A DNA stretch of 64,000 bases from Flavobacteriales bacterium (GCA_947444925.1 CANFBW010000002.1:64396-128395); one strand, 5' to 3'. Positions 1 to 11,110 are shown, numbered from the stretch's first letter. Translations and numbers: made by a program. Notes: generated from the sequence alone by a model not told the origin.

Positions 1-130
1 ATATTGATAGCCAGCGCAGAAGGTTTTTATTCGTGAGCAAAGGCATGAAGACACCATAGTTCGATTGGGGGAAGAATCAACTAAAATTGCTGCTGCTATG
101 ATTTATGCTACACGCATATTGCTACTAAAA

Positions 131-3100
131 ATGAAATTGTTTCTGCTAAGAATTATTTCTTCTGTATCTTCTTTTCGAAGAGTATCAAAATATAGATTTC
201 TCACTTCCTCATTGTTGTTTCTGTTGCTTTTACAAGTACCCGCTTTTTCCCAAAAGCCAACAAAATTGTGGTTTTTCGGATGGCATGCTGGCGGGGGTTC
301 TTCTGCTGGGATGGATTTTTCAGGCGGTGCGCCGGTGCAAATGAATGGCATAACAACTGCTGGATTTTATGAAGGAACAACGGTGCAGTCTGATGAATCT
401 GCCATATTGTTTTACTCCAATGGACATTGGGTTAGAAATATAAATCACGTGATCATGCCCAATGGAAGTGGTTTAACAGGGTCTAATGGCCCGCCCGACG
501 GTAGCGCATGCCAAGGAGCTGTTTCTTTTCCTTATCCAGGTTCATCAAGTAAGTATATTTTGATAACGCCTTCAGCCATCGATGGAACGCCAGGCAATGG
601 AATTCGTTGGACTGAAATTGACATGACGCTTGATGCTGGAAAAGGTGATGTTACGGCCAATAAAGACATTAAATTAACGGGTGGAGATCAGGTAACCGAG
701 ATGATTGGCGTGTATGCTGTGTCGTGCAATGAATTTTGGGTGGTGGGACATGAATACAGCTCCAATAATTTTATTGTTATTCATGTTACAGCTGGAGGTC
801 CGCAAGCGCCCGTAAAATATGCTGTTGGTCCAAATATCAGTGCTGCAGGTGGTGCACGCGGATCCATTAAAATCAGTCCCGACGGAAAAAAATTGGTGAT
901 GGTAGGCGGTTGGCCAACAGGTATGAATATTTTTGATTTTAATGCCGTCACTGGAGCAGTGAGTAATCATGTTGCCGTGGGCACTGTTGCCGGCATGACT
1001 TGGGCCTACGGTGCCGAATGGTCGCCAAACAGCCGTTATGTTTTTATGGGCGGATACACGGTCATTAACGGTATTGTTGTGTATGATGTGCAAACCTCAA
1101 CTGGCGCAAGTGTAACTGGTGCAGGATTGTATGGGGTGCTTCAAATGGGTCCCGACGGAGTGATTTATGTTGCCCCACAAAACAATGGTGGCGATTTAAG
1201 TACAATATCAAATCCCAACAACGGTGCTGCCGCTACGTTTACGTCAAATGGTTATGCAGTTGGCGGAGTTGGGGCATGGTTGGGTTTGCCTCAATCGTAT
1301 ACCTGTCCTTCTGCAATACCTTGTGGAGACACCACTTTATCGGTTTCAATTCCTAATTTGTGTACCGCCGCAACGACTTTTGATTTGGACTCTTATATTG
1401 GTACTTCTGATCCCGGGACATGGTCCATCTCAGGCGGACCGGGTGGATATACCGCCACGGTTGCTGGTGATGGACATACTTTTAACGTGAATAGGACGCT
1501 AGGCGGAACTTATACGGTGCGACATACTTTGACGACAGTGAATCCAGGTTGTCCGTCATATTCAGAAAGAACTTTTAAGGTTTTTGACTTGCCCTCAGTG
1601 ACATTGGTATTGGCCGATGATAAAATATGTAAAAATGAAACGGCACAGGCCATTACGGTTGCTTCGCCAGTCGGAGGAACTTTTAGTGGCGCGGGAGTCA
1701 GCGGCGCGAATTATAATGCAGTGTTGACCAGTGCAGGAGCGCATACTATTACGTATACTTATACCGATGGTAATTCTTGTACCAACACAGCGACCGATGT
1801 AATGACGGTATTTGACAGCACAGCGCTTTCATTTGTTTTGGCAGATGATAAAATGTGTGTGAATGAAGCTGTGCAAACAATAACTCTAGCAACTCCTGCT
1901 GGTGGGACTTTCAGCGGATCAGGTGTAAGTGGCGTGAACTACAATCCGGCACTCACAACGGTTGGTCTACACACCATTACCTACACTTTAGTTGATGTTA
2001 ACAGCTGTACATCAACGGCAACAGATGTAATGACAGTGCTTGACACCACAGCAGTTTCTCTAATTTTGGCAGACGATCAAATGTGTAAAAACGAAAGTGC
2101 GCAAGCCATCACTCTTGCCAGTCCTGTAGGCGGCACTTTCAGTGGATCAGGAGTGAGTGGTAATAACTATGATCCAAGCTCCATAACTGCTGGACCTCAT
2201 ACCATTACCTATACTTTTGTAAGTGTTAATACTTGTACATCAAAGGCAACAGATGTAATGACAGTGCTTGACACCACAGCAGTTTCTCTAATTTTGGCAG
2301 ACGATCAAATGTGTAAAAACGAAAGTGCGCAAGCCATAACTCTTGCCAGTCCTGCAGGCGGCACTTTTAGTGGCGCAGGAGTGAGTGGTAATAACTATGA
2401 TCCAAGCTCCACAACTGCAGGCACTCATACCATTAGCTATACTTTGGTGAATGGAAACACTTGTATTTCAAAGGCAACAGATGTAATGACGGTGTTGGAT
2501 ACCACTGCAGTTTCGTTGATTTTGGCCGACGATCAAATGTGTAAAAATGAAGATCCTCAAGCCATAACAGTTGCTAGCCCTGCAGGCGGCACTTTTAGTG
2601 GCGCAGGAGTGAGTGGTAATAACTATGATCCAAGCTCCACAACTGCAGGACCTCATACCATTACCTATACTTTTGTAAGTGTTAATACTTGTACATCAAA
2701 GGCAACAGATGTAATGACAGTGCTTGACACCACGGCAGTTTCTCTAATTTTGGCAGACGATCAAATGTGTAAAAACGAAAGTGCGCAAGCCATCACTCTT
2801 GCCAGTCCTGCAGGCGGCACTTTTAGTGGCGCGGGCGTGAGTGGCAATAACTATGATCCTGGCGCCACAACCGCAGGACCTCATACCATTAGCTATACTT
2901 TGGTGAATGGAAACAGCTGTACATCAAAAGCAACAGATGTAATGACAGTGTTGGATACCACGGCAGTTTCTCTAATTTTGACGGATGATCAAATGTGTAA
3001 AAACGAAAGTGCGCAAGCCATAACTCTTGCCAGTCCTGCAGGAGGTACTTTCAGTGGATCAGGTGTGAGTGGCAATAACTATGATCCTGGCGCCACAACC

Positions 3101-4630
3101 GCAGGGCTTCATACGATTGTGTACACTTTGGTGAGTGTAAATACCTGTACTTCTATAGCAACAGATGTGATGACCGTTTTTGATACCACAGCACTTTCTT
3201 TTGTGTTGACCAATGATAAGATGTGTAAAAATACGATGGCGCAAAACATTGTCTTGGCGACCCCAAGTGGAGGTGTTTTCAGCGGGCAAGGAGTGAACAA
3301 TGGAAAGTTCGACCCGTCATTGGTTTCAGCTGGTACCCATACCATCGTTTACACTTTTGTTGATGGCAATACGTGTGTCAATAAAGCTTCTGCGGTGATG
3401 ACGGTTTTGGATACCACGGCAGCGTCTTTGCTTTTAGGCGATGATCAAATGTGTATCAATGACCCCGCGCAAGCAATTGCTATAGCGAGTCCGGTCGGCG
3501 GGGTATTTAGTGGTTTGGGTGTGAATGGCAATAATTATGATCCTGCACTGACGGTTGCTGGTACGCATACCATTGCGTACACCTTCGTGAATGCCGACAA
3601 TTGCACCAGTACGGCAAAGGCTTTGATGACTGTAAATGCCTTGCCAGTATTGACTTTGGCTGATACATCTGTGTGCCCCGGAGGTAGCATTGCATTAACA
3701 CCAAGTCCTGCAAATTTTGTGAAATACGAATGGAATTCGAATCCGCTATTGAATGGCGCAACATTGAATTACAATTTGCCAAACACACAAGTGTGGGTGA
3801 AGGTTACTAATGCCAAAGGTTGTGTTGATAGCGCCTTTGCTACTATCGCTATGGGCGACACTTTGCATGTTGATTTTGGAGCCGATCGAGAAATATGTAC
3901 TTATGAGGCATTGACTTTAAATGCTGCGCAATACGGTCCGTTTGCCGCACCGGTTGTTTATACTTGGGACAATGTAGTTGGAAACAGCACAAAAACAATC
4001 AAGAGCAGCGGCCAGTATGGCGTTTTGGTGATGGATGGTAGAGGTTGCGCTGGTAGCGACACAATGGTGCTTACAGTTCGTCAAGCGCCAAAAGTTTCTT
4101 TAGGTAGTGATACCACTGTGTGTTTCACAGGACACGAAGTGTGGAAGGGATTTGTGACCGATACTTTCGCCACTATTAAATGGTCTACCGGATCAACGGA
4201 CAGTGCTGCTTTGCTGGAGGAGATAGGAGATGTTTCCGTATTGGTGACAAATCAATACCATTGCGCAGCGGCAGACACCTTAAGTGTGAAGGAGTTTTGT
4301 AAACCGATGCCGCTGTGTTTTCCAAACGTAATGACGCCGAACGGAGATGGTATGAACGATGTTTTTACTCCTTGCATAGAGCTGTATAAAAAGATTGACG
4401 ACGGCAATTACAAGGGCGTTATTGACAATATTATTTTTGTAAGCTTTGTGGTGTATGACCGCTGGGGAATTAAGGTAAATCAGACTTTGGACGTAATTCC
4501 AAAATGGGATGGTACATTTCAAGGCAGGATAGTTGCAAATGGCACCTATTACTATGTGGTGCGTTATTCCGATTCGTCGAAAACCAATTATGAACAAACG
4601 GGGTACATTACCCTTTTGACGAATCCTTAA
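131..4630 (+). CDS. Large T9SS type-B cargo surface protein (beta-propeller-like N-terminus, 9 Ig-like repeats, gliding-motility-associated C-terminal domain)
   Basis: Signal peptide ending AFS-Q; WFFG start typical of this class; C-terminal PNVMTPNGDGMND..YDRWG..WDG..GTYYY motif. Start uncertain (ATG 98 or 131). Confidence 0.85.
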   Translation: MKLFLLRIISSVSSFRRVSKYRFLTSSLLFLLLLQVPAFSQKPTKLWFFGWHAGGGSSAGMDFSGGAPVQMNGITTAGFYEGTTVQSDESAILFYSNGHWVRNINHVIMPNGSGLTGSNGPPDGSACQGAVSFPYPGSSSKYILITPSAIDGTPGNGIRWTEIDMTLDAGKGDVTANKDIKLTGGDQVTEMIGVYAVSCNEFWVVGHEYSSNNFIVIHVTAGGPQAPVKYAVGPNISAAGGARGSIKISPDGKKLVMVGGWPTGMNIFDFNAVTGAVSNHVAVGTVAGMTWAYGAEWSPNSRYVFMGGYTVINGIVVYDVQTSTGASVTGAGLYGVLQMGPDGVIYVAPQNNGGDLSTISNPNNGAAATFTSNGYAVGGVGAWLGLPQSYTCPSAIPCGDTTLSVSIPNLCTAATTFDLDSYIGTSDPGTWSISGGPGGYTATVAGDGHTFNVNRTLGGTYTVRHTLTTVNPGCPSYSERTFKVFDLPSVTLVLADDKICKNETAQAITVASPVGGTFSGAGVSGANYNAVLTSAGAHTITYTYTDGNSCTNTATDVMTVFDSTALSFVLADDKMCVNEAVQTITLATPAGGTFSGSGVSGVNYNPALTTVGLHTITYTLVDVNSCTSTATDVMTVLDTTAVSLILADDQMCKNESAQAITLASPVGGTFSGSGVSGNNYDPSSITAGPHTITYTFVSVNTCTSKATDVMTVLDTTAVSLILADDQMCKNESAQAITLASPAGGTFSGAGVSGNNYDPSSTTAGTHTISYTLVNGNTCISKATDVMTVLDTTAVSLILADDQMCKNEDPQAITVASPAGGTFSGAGVSGNNYDPSSTTAGPHTITYTFVSVNTCTSKATDVMTVLDTTAVSLILADDQMCKNESAQAITLASPAGGTFSGAGVSGNNYDPGATTAGPHTISYTLVNGNSCTSKATDVMTVLDTTAVSLILTDDQMCKNESAQAITLASPAGGTFSGSGVSGNNYDPGATTAGLHTIVYTLVSVNTCTSIATDVMTVFDTTALSFVLTNDKMCKNTMAQNIVLATPSGGVFSGQGVNNGKFDPSLVSAGTHTIVYTFVDGNTCVNKASAVMTVLDTTAASLLLGDDQMCINDPAQAIAIASPVGGVFSGLGVNGNNYDPALTVAGTHTIAYTFVNADNCTSTAKALMTVNALPVLTLADTSVCPGGSIALTPSPANFVKYEWNSNPLLNGATLNYNLPNTQVWVKVTNAKGCVDSAFATIAMGDTLHVDFGADREICTYEALTLNAAQYGPFAAPVVYTWDNVVGNSTKTIKSSGQYGVLVMDGRGCAGSDTMVLTVRQAPKVSLGSDTTVCFTGHEVWKGFVTDTFATIKWSTGSTDSAALLEEIGDVSVLVTNQYHCAAADTLSVKEFCKPMPLCFPNVMTPNGDGMNDVFTPCIELYKKIDDGNYKGVIDNIIFVSFVVYDRWGIKVNQTLDVIPKWDGTFQGRIVANGTYYYVVRYSDSSKTNYEQTGYITLLTNP
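1590..3645 (+). repeat. Intragenic tandem repeat, 9 x 228 bp (76 aa)
   Basis: ADDxMCKNE..GGTFSGxGVSG..YDP..GxHTIxYT..C..ATDVMTV recurs at about 1613, 1841, 2069, 2297, 2525, 2753, 2981, 3209 and 3437. Confidence 0.95.
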
Positions 4631-4718
4631 CGCATGCTTCAATATTTGTAAACGGCAATAAGTTCACTTGTTGCCGTTTTTTTTATTGATTAGCGTATCT
4701 TTGAAAAAAAATAGCAGC

Positions 4719-5090
4719 ATGAAAGCAAAAATATTAATCAATTCAGGTGAACATTCATTTTCTTCTGATCCTTCAGAAGAAGTAAACAGCATAACGCTCA
4801 GAGACGAAGCGGTTTTTAAATTGTCATTGTTTGATGCCGACGGAAAAGCAGAGGTTTTTGATATTCCCAACTGCAAGATTATCACTGTTGAAGGTTCAAA
4901 ATTCAAAGAAGAAATAGTGATTTCAAAATCATTGATCGATTGTTTGGAGCAAGAAGTAGAAGGTGACGAAGAAACGGTGCACATTGAATTGTGGACAGAG
5001 GTAGAGATTTGGAATCCTGGTTTTGCGCAAGGTTTTTTCTTTGACCTTAAAGATGTTCCAGAGGTTTTGAAAGACATTGAATTAAAATAA
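4719..5090 (+). CDS. Hypothetical acidic protein
   Basis: ATG at 4719 preceded by TATCTTTG; co-oriented with the downstream MazG-like gene. Confidence 0.6.
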   Translation: MKAKILINSGEHSFSSDPSEEVNSITLRDEAVFKLSLFDADGKAEVFDIPNCKIITVEGSKFKEEIVISKSLIDCLEQEVEGDEETVHIELWTEVEIWNPGFAQGFFFDLKDVPEVLKDIELK

Positions 5091-5107
5091 TTCTCAAAAA
5101 ACAGCGC

Positions 5108-5500
5108 ATGACCTTAATTAAACACATCAATAAGGTAAAGACCTTTCACGAGGCCTTTAAAATTGGCAATAGTGAAGCGCCCACAACAGCGCTGAGCAAA
5201 GAAGAAATACTTTTGCGTTACAATCTCTTGCATGAAGAAAATGAAGAGTATTTGGAGGCGGCGAATAAAGGCGATATTGTAGAAATTGCCGATGCTTTAG
5301 GTGACCAGCTCTACATTCTTTTTGGAACAATGTTGAGACATGGTTTGCAATACAAAATTGAGGAAGTGTTCGATGAGATTCAGCGTTCCAACATGTCCAA
5401 ACTTGATGCCAACGGACAACCCATTTACCGTGAAGATGGCAAGGTGCTGAAAGGGCCCGCATATTTTCGTCCAGACATCAAAAGCATCTTAAATAAGTAA
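5108..5500 (+). CDS. MazG-like/PRA-PH nucleoside triphosphate pyrophosphohydrolase
   Basis: EENEEY..EIADALGD..RSNMSKL..REDGKVLKGP motifs. Confidence 0.85.
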   Translation: MTLIKHINKVKTFHEAFKIGNSEAPTTALSKEEILLRYNLLHEENEEYLEAANKGDIVEIADALGDQLYILFGTMLRHGLQYKIEEVFDEIQRSNMSKLDANGQPIYREDGKVLKGPAYFRPDIKSILNK

Positions 5501-5652
5501 AATTTCTTTAGCCAAAGTTATCAACCGAAATCCGTTTTTTGTTGGTAAATACTATTGCCCTGAAAGCAACGCAAGCGTCATTCATCCGTATTATTAGCAC
5601 AGTAGTTGTTTGTATTGAATATACACTTGATGAAACTCTAAAATACATTTGT

Positions 5653-5901
5653 ATGGAAGAATTTAATTTGAATTACCAGCACCGATACCCGAGAATTGAA
5701 TTCAGCAATGGTGTCAAAATGTTTGGCGTACTTTGGGCCATATACAACAACAAGAAGCGTAAAATGGATTATTATTTTGCCGATTCTAGTGAAATGCGCA
5801 AGCTCAATCAAAGCAATCCTGCTATTTTGTTGGAAGGTATCCGCAAACTGCATCATGTATTCAGAAAAGATGAAATTGTCGCTGTAGAATACCTCAATTA
5901 A
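5653..5901 (+). CDS. Small hypothetical protein
   Basis: ATG at 5653 inside ORF 5539..5901; protein-like composition; family not recognised. Confidence 0.45.
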   Translation: MEEFNLNYQHRYPRIEFSNGVKMFGVLWAIYNNKKRKMDYYFADSSEMRKLNQSNPAILLEGIRKLHHVFRKDEIVAVEYLN

Positions 5902-5978
5902 GCGGTTAAATACTAATATATGTTAAGGCTTATTGACTTGTGCGGCTTTCTGTTACTTTTGTAACTTAGGCTCAACTT

Positions 5979-7508
5979 GTGAAAAAGCAATACATTAAAA
6001 CCTTATTTCTTGTGATGGCTTTTGCGCTCGTGGGATTGAGCGCCATTCAAATTTATTGGGTGCACAATGCTATTGGTATCAAAGAGCAGCAATTTCAAGA
6101 AAATGTAGGGAGAGCCCTTTACAATGTAGTTTACAAAGCTGAAAAAATTGAGGCCGCACATTACATTAAGATTCACCGCTTGAGTGAATTTGCTGTTGGC
6201 GGAAGAATTGGGCAAAATCAAAGCAAAGATATTGGTTTAGATAGTTCATGCTGCCATTTCCCTTCACACGCAAACAGCAAGGATGACCTTTCTGAATATG
6301 TGACTGGTGAAGGTAAATTACTCAAACGCAGTCGTTCAGCACTTCTTGCTCAATTTGAGCAGGAGATCAATACTACATTCGATCGAGCGGGTATTGACGA
6401 GATTAAGTCGGGAATGGTAAGTGATATCATTAACGATATGATGAACATGCAAAAATCGAGAGTGGAAGAGCGCATCGATCCAGGAATCATTAATCTATTA
6501 TTGGAAGAAGAGTTGTTGAGGGAGGGTCTGAACACTGAGTTTTATTTTGGTGTATTGTCGCAAACGCAGGGAGTAGAGCTGAAGCAGAAGGCTGCGTCTG
6601 ATGAAAAACTTTTGTTAACGCCGTATAAGATCAAAATGTTTCCCGGTGAATTCTCCGTATATCCAAGTTATTTAAGCGTTTATTTCCCCAGGGAAAGAGG
6701 TTTTTTGTGGAAATCGATGATTGGTGTAATGTCTATTTCTGCAATTTTTATAGCCGCTATTATTTTTGTTTTTTGGTACAGTCTGTCTATCATTTTAAAC
6801 CAAAAGAAATTGGCCATTGTAAAAAATGATTTCATCAACAACATGACACATGAACTGAAAACACCAATATCTACAATTTCATTGGCCTGTGAGGTATTGA
6901 AAGACCGCAGTATTCCAAAGGATCAGGAACGTTTAGACCATTATGTGGAAGTCATCAATGAAGAGAATAAACGACTCGGTATTTTGGTGGAAAACGTATT
7001 GCAGTCGGCCGTTTGGGATAGACCTGATTTTAAGCTCAATAAAATTGAGTTGAATGTGCATGAACTTATTCAGCAAGTAGTGGATAGAAGTCACGTACAA
7101 TTGGATGCCAAAAATGGGCAAATTGAAACAACTTTATTGGCCACTGCCTCTTTGTTGGACGTGGACAGAATACATTTCACCAATGTGTTATATAATTTGA
7201 TTGACAATGCTATAAAATACTGTAAAGACAAACCTGTCATACATTTGAGCACGCGTGATGCAGAGGGAGGGATCGTGATTCAGGTGAGTGACAATGGCAT
7301 AGGGATTAGCAAGGAGAATCAGAAAAAAATATTTGAAAAATTATATCGTGTTCCCACGGGAAACTTGCATGATGTAAAAGGGTTTGGACTCGGCTTGAGC
7401 TACGTAAAGGCAATTATTGATCAACATGGTGGAGAAATTCAAGTCAGGAGTCAGTTAAATCAAGGAACAACTTTTAGCATATTCATTCCAAAAAAATCAG
7501 AAATATGA
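5979..7508 (+). CDS. Sensor histidine kinase (RprX-like)
   Basis: Two TM segments; H-box NNMTHELKTP; N box NLIDNAIKY; G boxes DNGIG and GFGLGL. Confidence 0.92.
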   Translation: MKKQYIKTLFLVMAFALVGLSAIQIYWVHNAIGIKEQQFQENVGRALYNVVYKAEKIEAAHYIKIHRLSEFAVGGRIGQNQSKDIGLDSSCCHFPSHANSKDDLSEYVTGEGKLLKRSRSALLAQFEQEINTTFDRAGIDEIKSGMVSDIINDMMNMQKSRVEERIDPGIINLLLEEELLREGLNTEFYFGVLSQTQGVELKQKAASDEKLLLTPYKIKMFPGEFSVYPSYLSVYFPRERGFLWKSMIGVMSISAIFIAAIIFVFWYSLSIILNQKKLAIVKNDFINNMTHELKTPISTISLACEVLKDRSIPKDQERLDHYVEVINEENKRLGILVENVLQSAVWDRPDFKLNKIELNVHELIQQVVDRSHVQLDAKNGQIETTLLATASLLDVDRIHFTNVLYNLIDNAIKYCKDKPVIHLSTRDAEGGIVIQVSDNGIGISKENQKKIFEKLYRVPTGNLHDVKGFGLGLSYVKAIIDQHGGEIQVRSQLNQGTTFSIFIPKKSEI

Positions 7509-8200
7509 ACACTGAAAAAATTAAAATTTTATTGGTCGAGGACGATAAAAATTTAGGTAATCTTTTGAAAGACTATTTAATTGCCAAAGGTTATGACACC
7601 CAATTGGAGGTCGATGGAGACAAGGGTATCAAAGCTTTTTTGGCAGGTAAATTCGACATGTGCGTACTCGACATTATGATGCCAATTAAAGACGGCTTTA
7701 CTCTTGCCAAGGAAATTAGAAATACCAATAAGCAAGTGCCTATTATTTTTTTAACGGCACGTTCTTTAAAGGAAGACAAATTGGAGGGTTTCCGCTCCGG
7801 TGCCGACGATTACATTACCAAGCCGTTTACCATGGAGGAGTTGTCAGCGCGTATTCAAGCGGTTTTGCGCAGAAGTACTGGCGTCATGGTAAGTACCGAG
7901 AAGAAAATGTTTGACGTCGGGAAGTATTATTTTGATTACGATCATCAGTCGTTAAAGGGACCAAATGGCAGTCAGAAATTGACCAGCAAAGAAACAGAGT
8001 TGTTGAAAATGCTGTGTGACAATATGAATGCTGTGCTTGAGCGCGGCATCGCACTAAATCAAATTTGGAAAGACGATAGTTATTTCAATGCGCGAAGTAT
8101 GGATGTGTACATTACCAAGTTGCGAAAGTATTTGAAAGACGACGACAGTATTGAAATTGTAAATGTGCACGGACGGGGTTTTAAATTGACTGTGGGTTAG
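7505..8200 (+). CDS. rprY: OmpR-family response regulator (RprY-like)
   Basis: Receiver VEDD..LDIMMP..KPF; winged helix WKDDSYFNARSMDVYITKLRK. Confidence 0.88.
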   Translation: MNTEKIKILLVEDDKNLGNLLKDYLIAKGYDTQLEVDGDKGIKAFLAGKFDMCVLDIMMPIKDGFTLAKEIRNTNKQVPIIFLTARSLKEDKLEGFRSGADDYITKPFTMEELSARIQAVLRRSTGVMVSTEKKMFDVGKYYFDYDHQSLKGPNGSQKLTSKETELLKMLCDNMNAVLERGIALNQIWKDDSYFNARSMDVYITKLRKYLKDDDSIEIVNVHGRGFKLTVG

Positions 8201-8252
8201 TTTTTTATTGATTTTCACTGCTGCTAAGATGTTGACAGACCTAGAGGGGTGA

Positions 8253-9224
8253 TTAATGCGCAATATTCATGGCGTCGATAAGTTGCACAAGGTCAATGTC
8301 CTTAATGCATTTGAAATGTCCTTTTGGACATTCTTTGTAGCCGATTTTTGAGCAAGGTCTGCAATTTAAACCTTTCACTTCAGCGATTTGAAAAGACTTT
8401 GCCTGTTTTGGTAGGTAGGGATACATGCCAAATTCGGGAATTGTAGAGCCCCAAACACTTATTATTTTTTTGTTAAAAGCGCTTGCAATATGCATCATTC
8501 CAGTATCAGGCGTTACAACACAATGCGCGTTTTTAAGTATCAAAGCCGATTGGTGCAAAGTACCAACACCGCAAAAATTGATTGTATTTTTGTTGCAATG
8601 CGAAGTAATTCGCGCGCCTAAATCTGCCTCTTTTTTTCCTCCAAGTAAAACCAACGGCAGTGTGCTTTTTTGAGCTATTGCGGTGAGTTGTGTTTCTGTT
8701 AATGTTTTGGTGGCGTGTGCAGCACCTACTACGAGTACGTTATAGGTTGCCGGTAATTCAAAGGGAAGCACTGTGTCTGCTGGAATAAAATAACTTAAGC
8801 CTTCGCTGTCATTGCTTACGCCAAATTCTTCCACAGCTTTGAAATAGCGGTCGATAATGTGAATTTTGGGCAGAATGTCCATTTTGAATTTCACCATCAA
8901 AAATTTTTCGACATTCAGTTTGGGGTATGAAGTGCTATGAACGCCCAATTCGAGGATTGCTTTTTTTGAGCGCAGATTTTTGTGCAGATCGATGATGTGG
9001 TCGTATTTTTCTTTTTTCAATGCAGTCAATACTTCGCGTGTAGAGCGCTCAATAGCGAAAACCTTGTCAATGTTTGGGTTTTCACTCACAAGTACTGCAA
9101 AGTTTGATTTTGTGAGAAAGTGAATGCTGCAATCGGGAAATTTTTTTTTCAAACAACGCACAAGAGGCGTGGTCAAAACAATGTCTCCAATGGAACTGAA
9201 TCTAATAATGAGGAATTTCTTCAC
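8253..9224 (-). CDS. Glycosyltransferase family 9 (heptosyltransferase-like)
   Basis: IRFSSIGDIVLTTP, DTGMMHIA and CRPCSKIG motifs. Confidence 0.9.
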   Translation of the reverse strand: MKKFLIIRFSSIGDIVLTTPLVRCLKKKFPDCSIHFLTKSNFAVLVSENPNIDKVFAIERSTREVLTALKKEKYDHIIDLHKNLRSKKAILELGVHSTSYPKLNVEKFLMVKFKMDILPKIHIIDRYFKAVEEFGVSNDSEGLSYFIPADTVLPFELPATYNVLVVGAAHATKTLTETQLTAIAQKSTLPLVLLGGKKEADLGARITSHCNKNTINFCGVGTLHQSALILKNAHCVVTPDTGMMHIASAFNKKIISVWGSTIPEFGMYPYLPKQAKSFQIAEVKGLNCRPCSKIGYKECPKGHFKCIKDIDLVQLIDAMNIAH

Positions 9225-9305
9225 GACTTAAAGATAAAACCTAAATTTGATTTATGAAACGCGCCTTTCATTTCCCTTGGAATAGAAAAGTATAGATATT
9301 TGTAA

Positions 9306-10073
9306 ATGAATTTGATCGACACTCACGCCCACCTTTACCAAGAAGAATTTTTGCCTGACATTGATGGCGTGATTGCACGCGCGAAGGAAAACGGAATTTC
9401 TAAAATATATTTGCCAAATGTCGATGTCCCTTCTATTGCTGAATTAAAGGCTTTGGTGCTAAAGGATTCTGCGCTTTTTATTCCGATGATGGGCCTGCAT
9501 CCATGTTACGTCAAAGATGATTACAAAGATCAGTTGTCCATTATTGAAGCCGAGTTGCGCCAAGGAACATACGTTGCAGTGGGTGAAATAGGTATCGATT
9601 TGTTTTGGGACAAATCTTTTTTGATGCAGCAGCAAGAGGCTTTTCGCACCCAAATCACCTGGGCACAAGAATTAAATTTACCCATTGTAATTCACGCTAG
9701 AGATTCGTTGGAAGAGATTTTTCAAATTTTGGAAGCGCAAAAAGGCCCTACTTTGAAAGGGATTTTTCATTGTTTTTCGGGAACGGTCGACGACGCCAAA
9801 AGAGTCATTGCGCTCGGCTTTAAAATTGGTGTTGGCGGAGTCGTCACCTTTAAAAATGCTGGTTTAGACAAGGTGCTCAAAGAAATTGCGTTGGAACATC
9901 TGGTGCTTGAAACCGATGCGCCATATTTAACGCCTGTTCCACATAGGGGCAAACGAAATGAATCTTCTTACGTTAAAGGAATAGCAGAGAAAGTAGCAGA
10001 GCTCTATGCGCTGCCACTCAGCGAAGTGGCGCGTGTAACAACGGAAAACGCCGCGGCAATTTTTGATTTTTAA
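9306..10073 (+). CDS. tatD: TatD family DNase
   Basis: IDTHAH, GLHP, GEIGID, HCFSG, LETDAPYL..RGKRNE. Confidence 0.93.
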   Translation: MNLIDTHAHLYQEEFLPDIDGVIARAKENGISKIYLPNVDVPSIAELKALVLKDSALFIPMMGLHPCYVKDDYKDQLSIIEAELRQGTYVAVGEIGIDLFWDKSFLMQQQEAFRTQITWAQELNLPIVIHARDSLEEIFQILEAQKGPTLKGIFHCFSGTVDDAKRVIALGFKIGVGGVVTFKNAGLDKVLKEIALEHLVLETDAPYLTPVPHRGKRNESSYVKGIAEKVAELYALPLSEVARVTTENAAAIFDF

Positions 10074-10090
10074 TCTTTGAACTTGAAATT

Positions 10091-11110
10091 ATGGGCAAAT
10101 CAGTATTGATCATATATACCGGAGGAACAGTTGGGATGATAGACGCAGGCAATGGCGTGCTACTGCCCTTTGACATTCACAATCTTTTAAAGTGGATTCC
10201 TGAACTTGGTCGCTTTGAATTTAAAATAGATTCGTTGGCTTTTGAAAGTCCTTTGGATTCATCGAACGTTGGCCCTAAAGAGTGGCAGCAAATTGGACAA
10301 ATGATTGCCGATAATTATGCGCAATACACCGGATTTGTAGTGTTGCACGGCTCCGACACCATGTCGTACACCGCTTCAGCGTTGAGTTTTATGTTTGATG
10401 GCTTGTCGAAGCCTGTAATCTTTACAGGATCACAATTGCCAATTGGTGCCTTGCGAACCGATGCGAAAGAGAATATTTTGACGGCCATAGAATTGGCTGC
10501 AATGACCGATAAGGAGGGTAAAGCACTTATTCCTGAAGTAGGTATTTATTTTGAAAATCATTTGTTTCGCGGCAACAGAACGATAAAGGCAAATTCAGAA
10601 AATTTCGACGCTTTTTTGTCCCCCAATTGTACGGCTTTGGCTGAGGTGGGCGTTCACTTTAAATTGAATGAAGCACAGTTGCGAAAACCTTCTGCTGCAT
10701 TTTCATTTAAATCAGGGCTGAGCGCCGACGTTGCGCTGCTCAAAGTTTTCCCTGGTTTTTCAGCCAAGGTTTTCCAAAGTGTTTTCGACAATCAGTATTT
10801 GAAAGGCTTGGTGCTCGAAACCTATGGTACTGGAAACATTCCGCAGGACAAGCATTTGATTGCGGGCTTGCAACAGCTCTCTGAGCGGGGCGTGCACGTT
10901 ATGGTGGTGACGCAGTGCGTAATGGGCAGTGTAGAGCTGGGGCGCTATGCAACGAGCACTGATTTAAAAGCACTCGATGTTTGTTCGGGTCACGACATTA
11001 CTTCAGAGGCGGCGGTTACCAAAATGATGCATGTGTTGGCCAACAATAATAGTTCTGAAACAATCAAAAGCCAACTGCGCACATCTTTAAGGGGTGAAAT
11101 GACAGTTTAA
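10091..11110 (+). CDS. ansA: Type I L-asparaginase
   Basis: IYTGGTVGM, DSS, HGSDTMSYTAS, TGSQLP. Confidence 0.92.
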   Translation: MGKSVLIIYTGGTVGMIDAGNGVLLPFDIHNLLKWIPELGRFEFKIDSLAFESPLDSSNVGPKEWQQIGQMIADNYAQYTGFVVLHGSDTMSYTASALSFMFDGLSKPVIFTGSQLPIGALRTDAKENILTAIELAAMTDKEGKALIPEVGIYFENHLFRGNRTIKANSENFDAFLSPNCTALAEVGVHFKLNEAQLRKPSAAFSFKSGLSADVALLKVFPGFSAKVFQSVFDNQYLKGLVLETYGTGNIPQDKHLIAGLQQLSERGVHVMVVTQCVMGSVELGRYATSTDLKALDVCSGHDITSEAAVTKMMHVLANNNSSETIKSQLRTSLRGEMTV

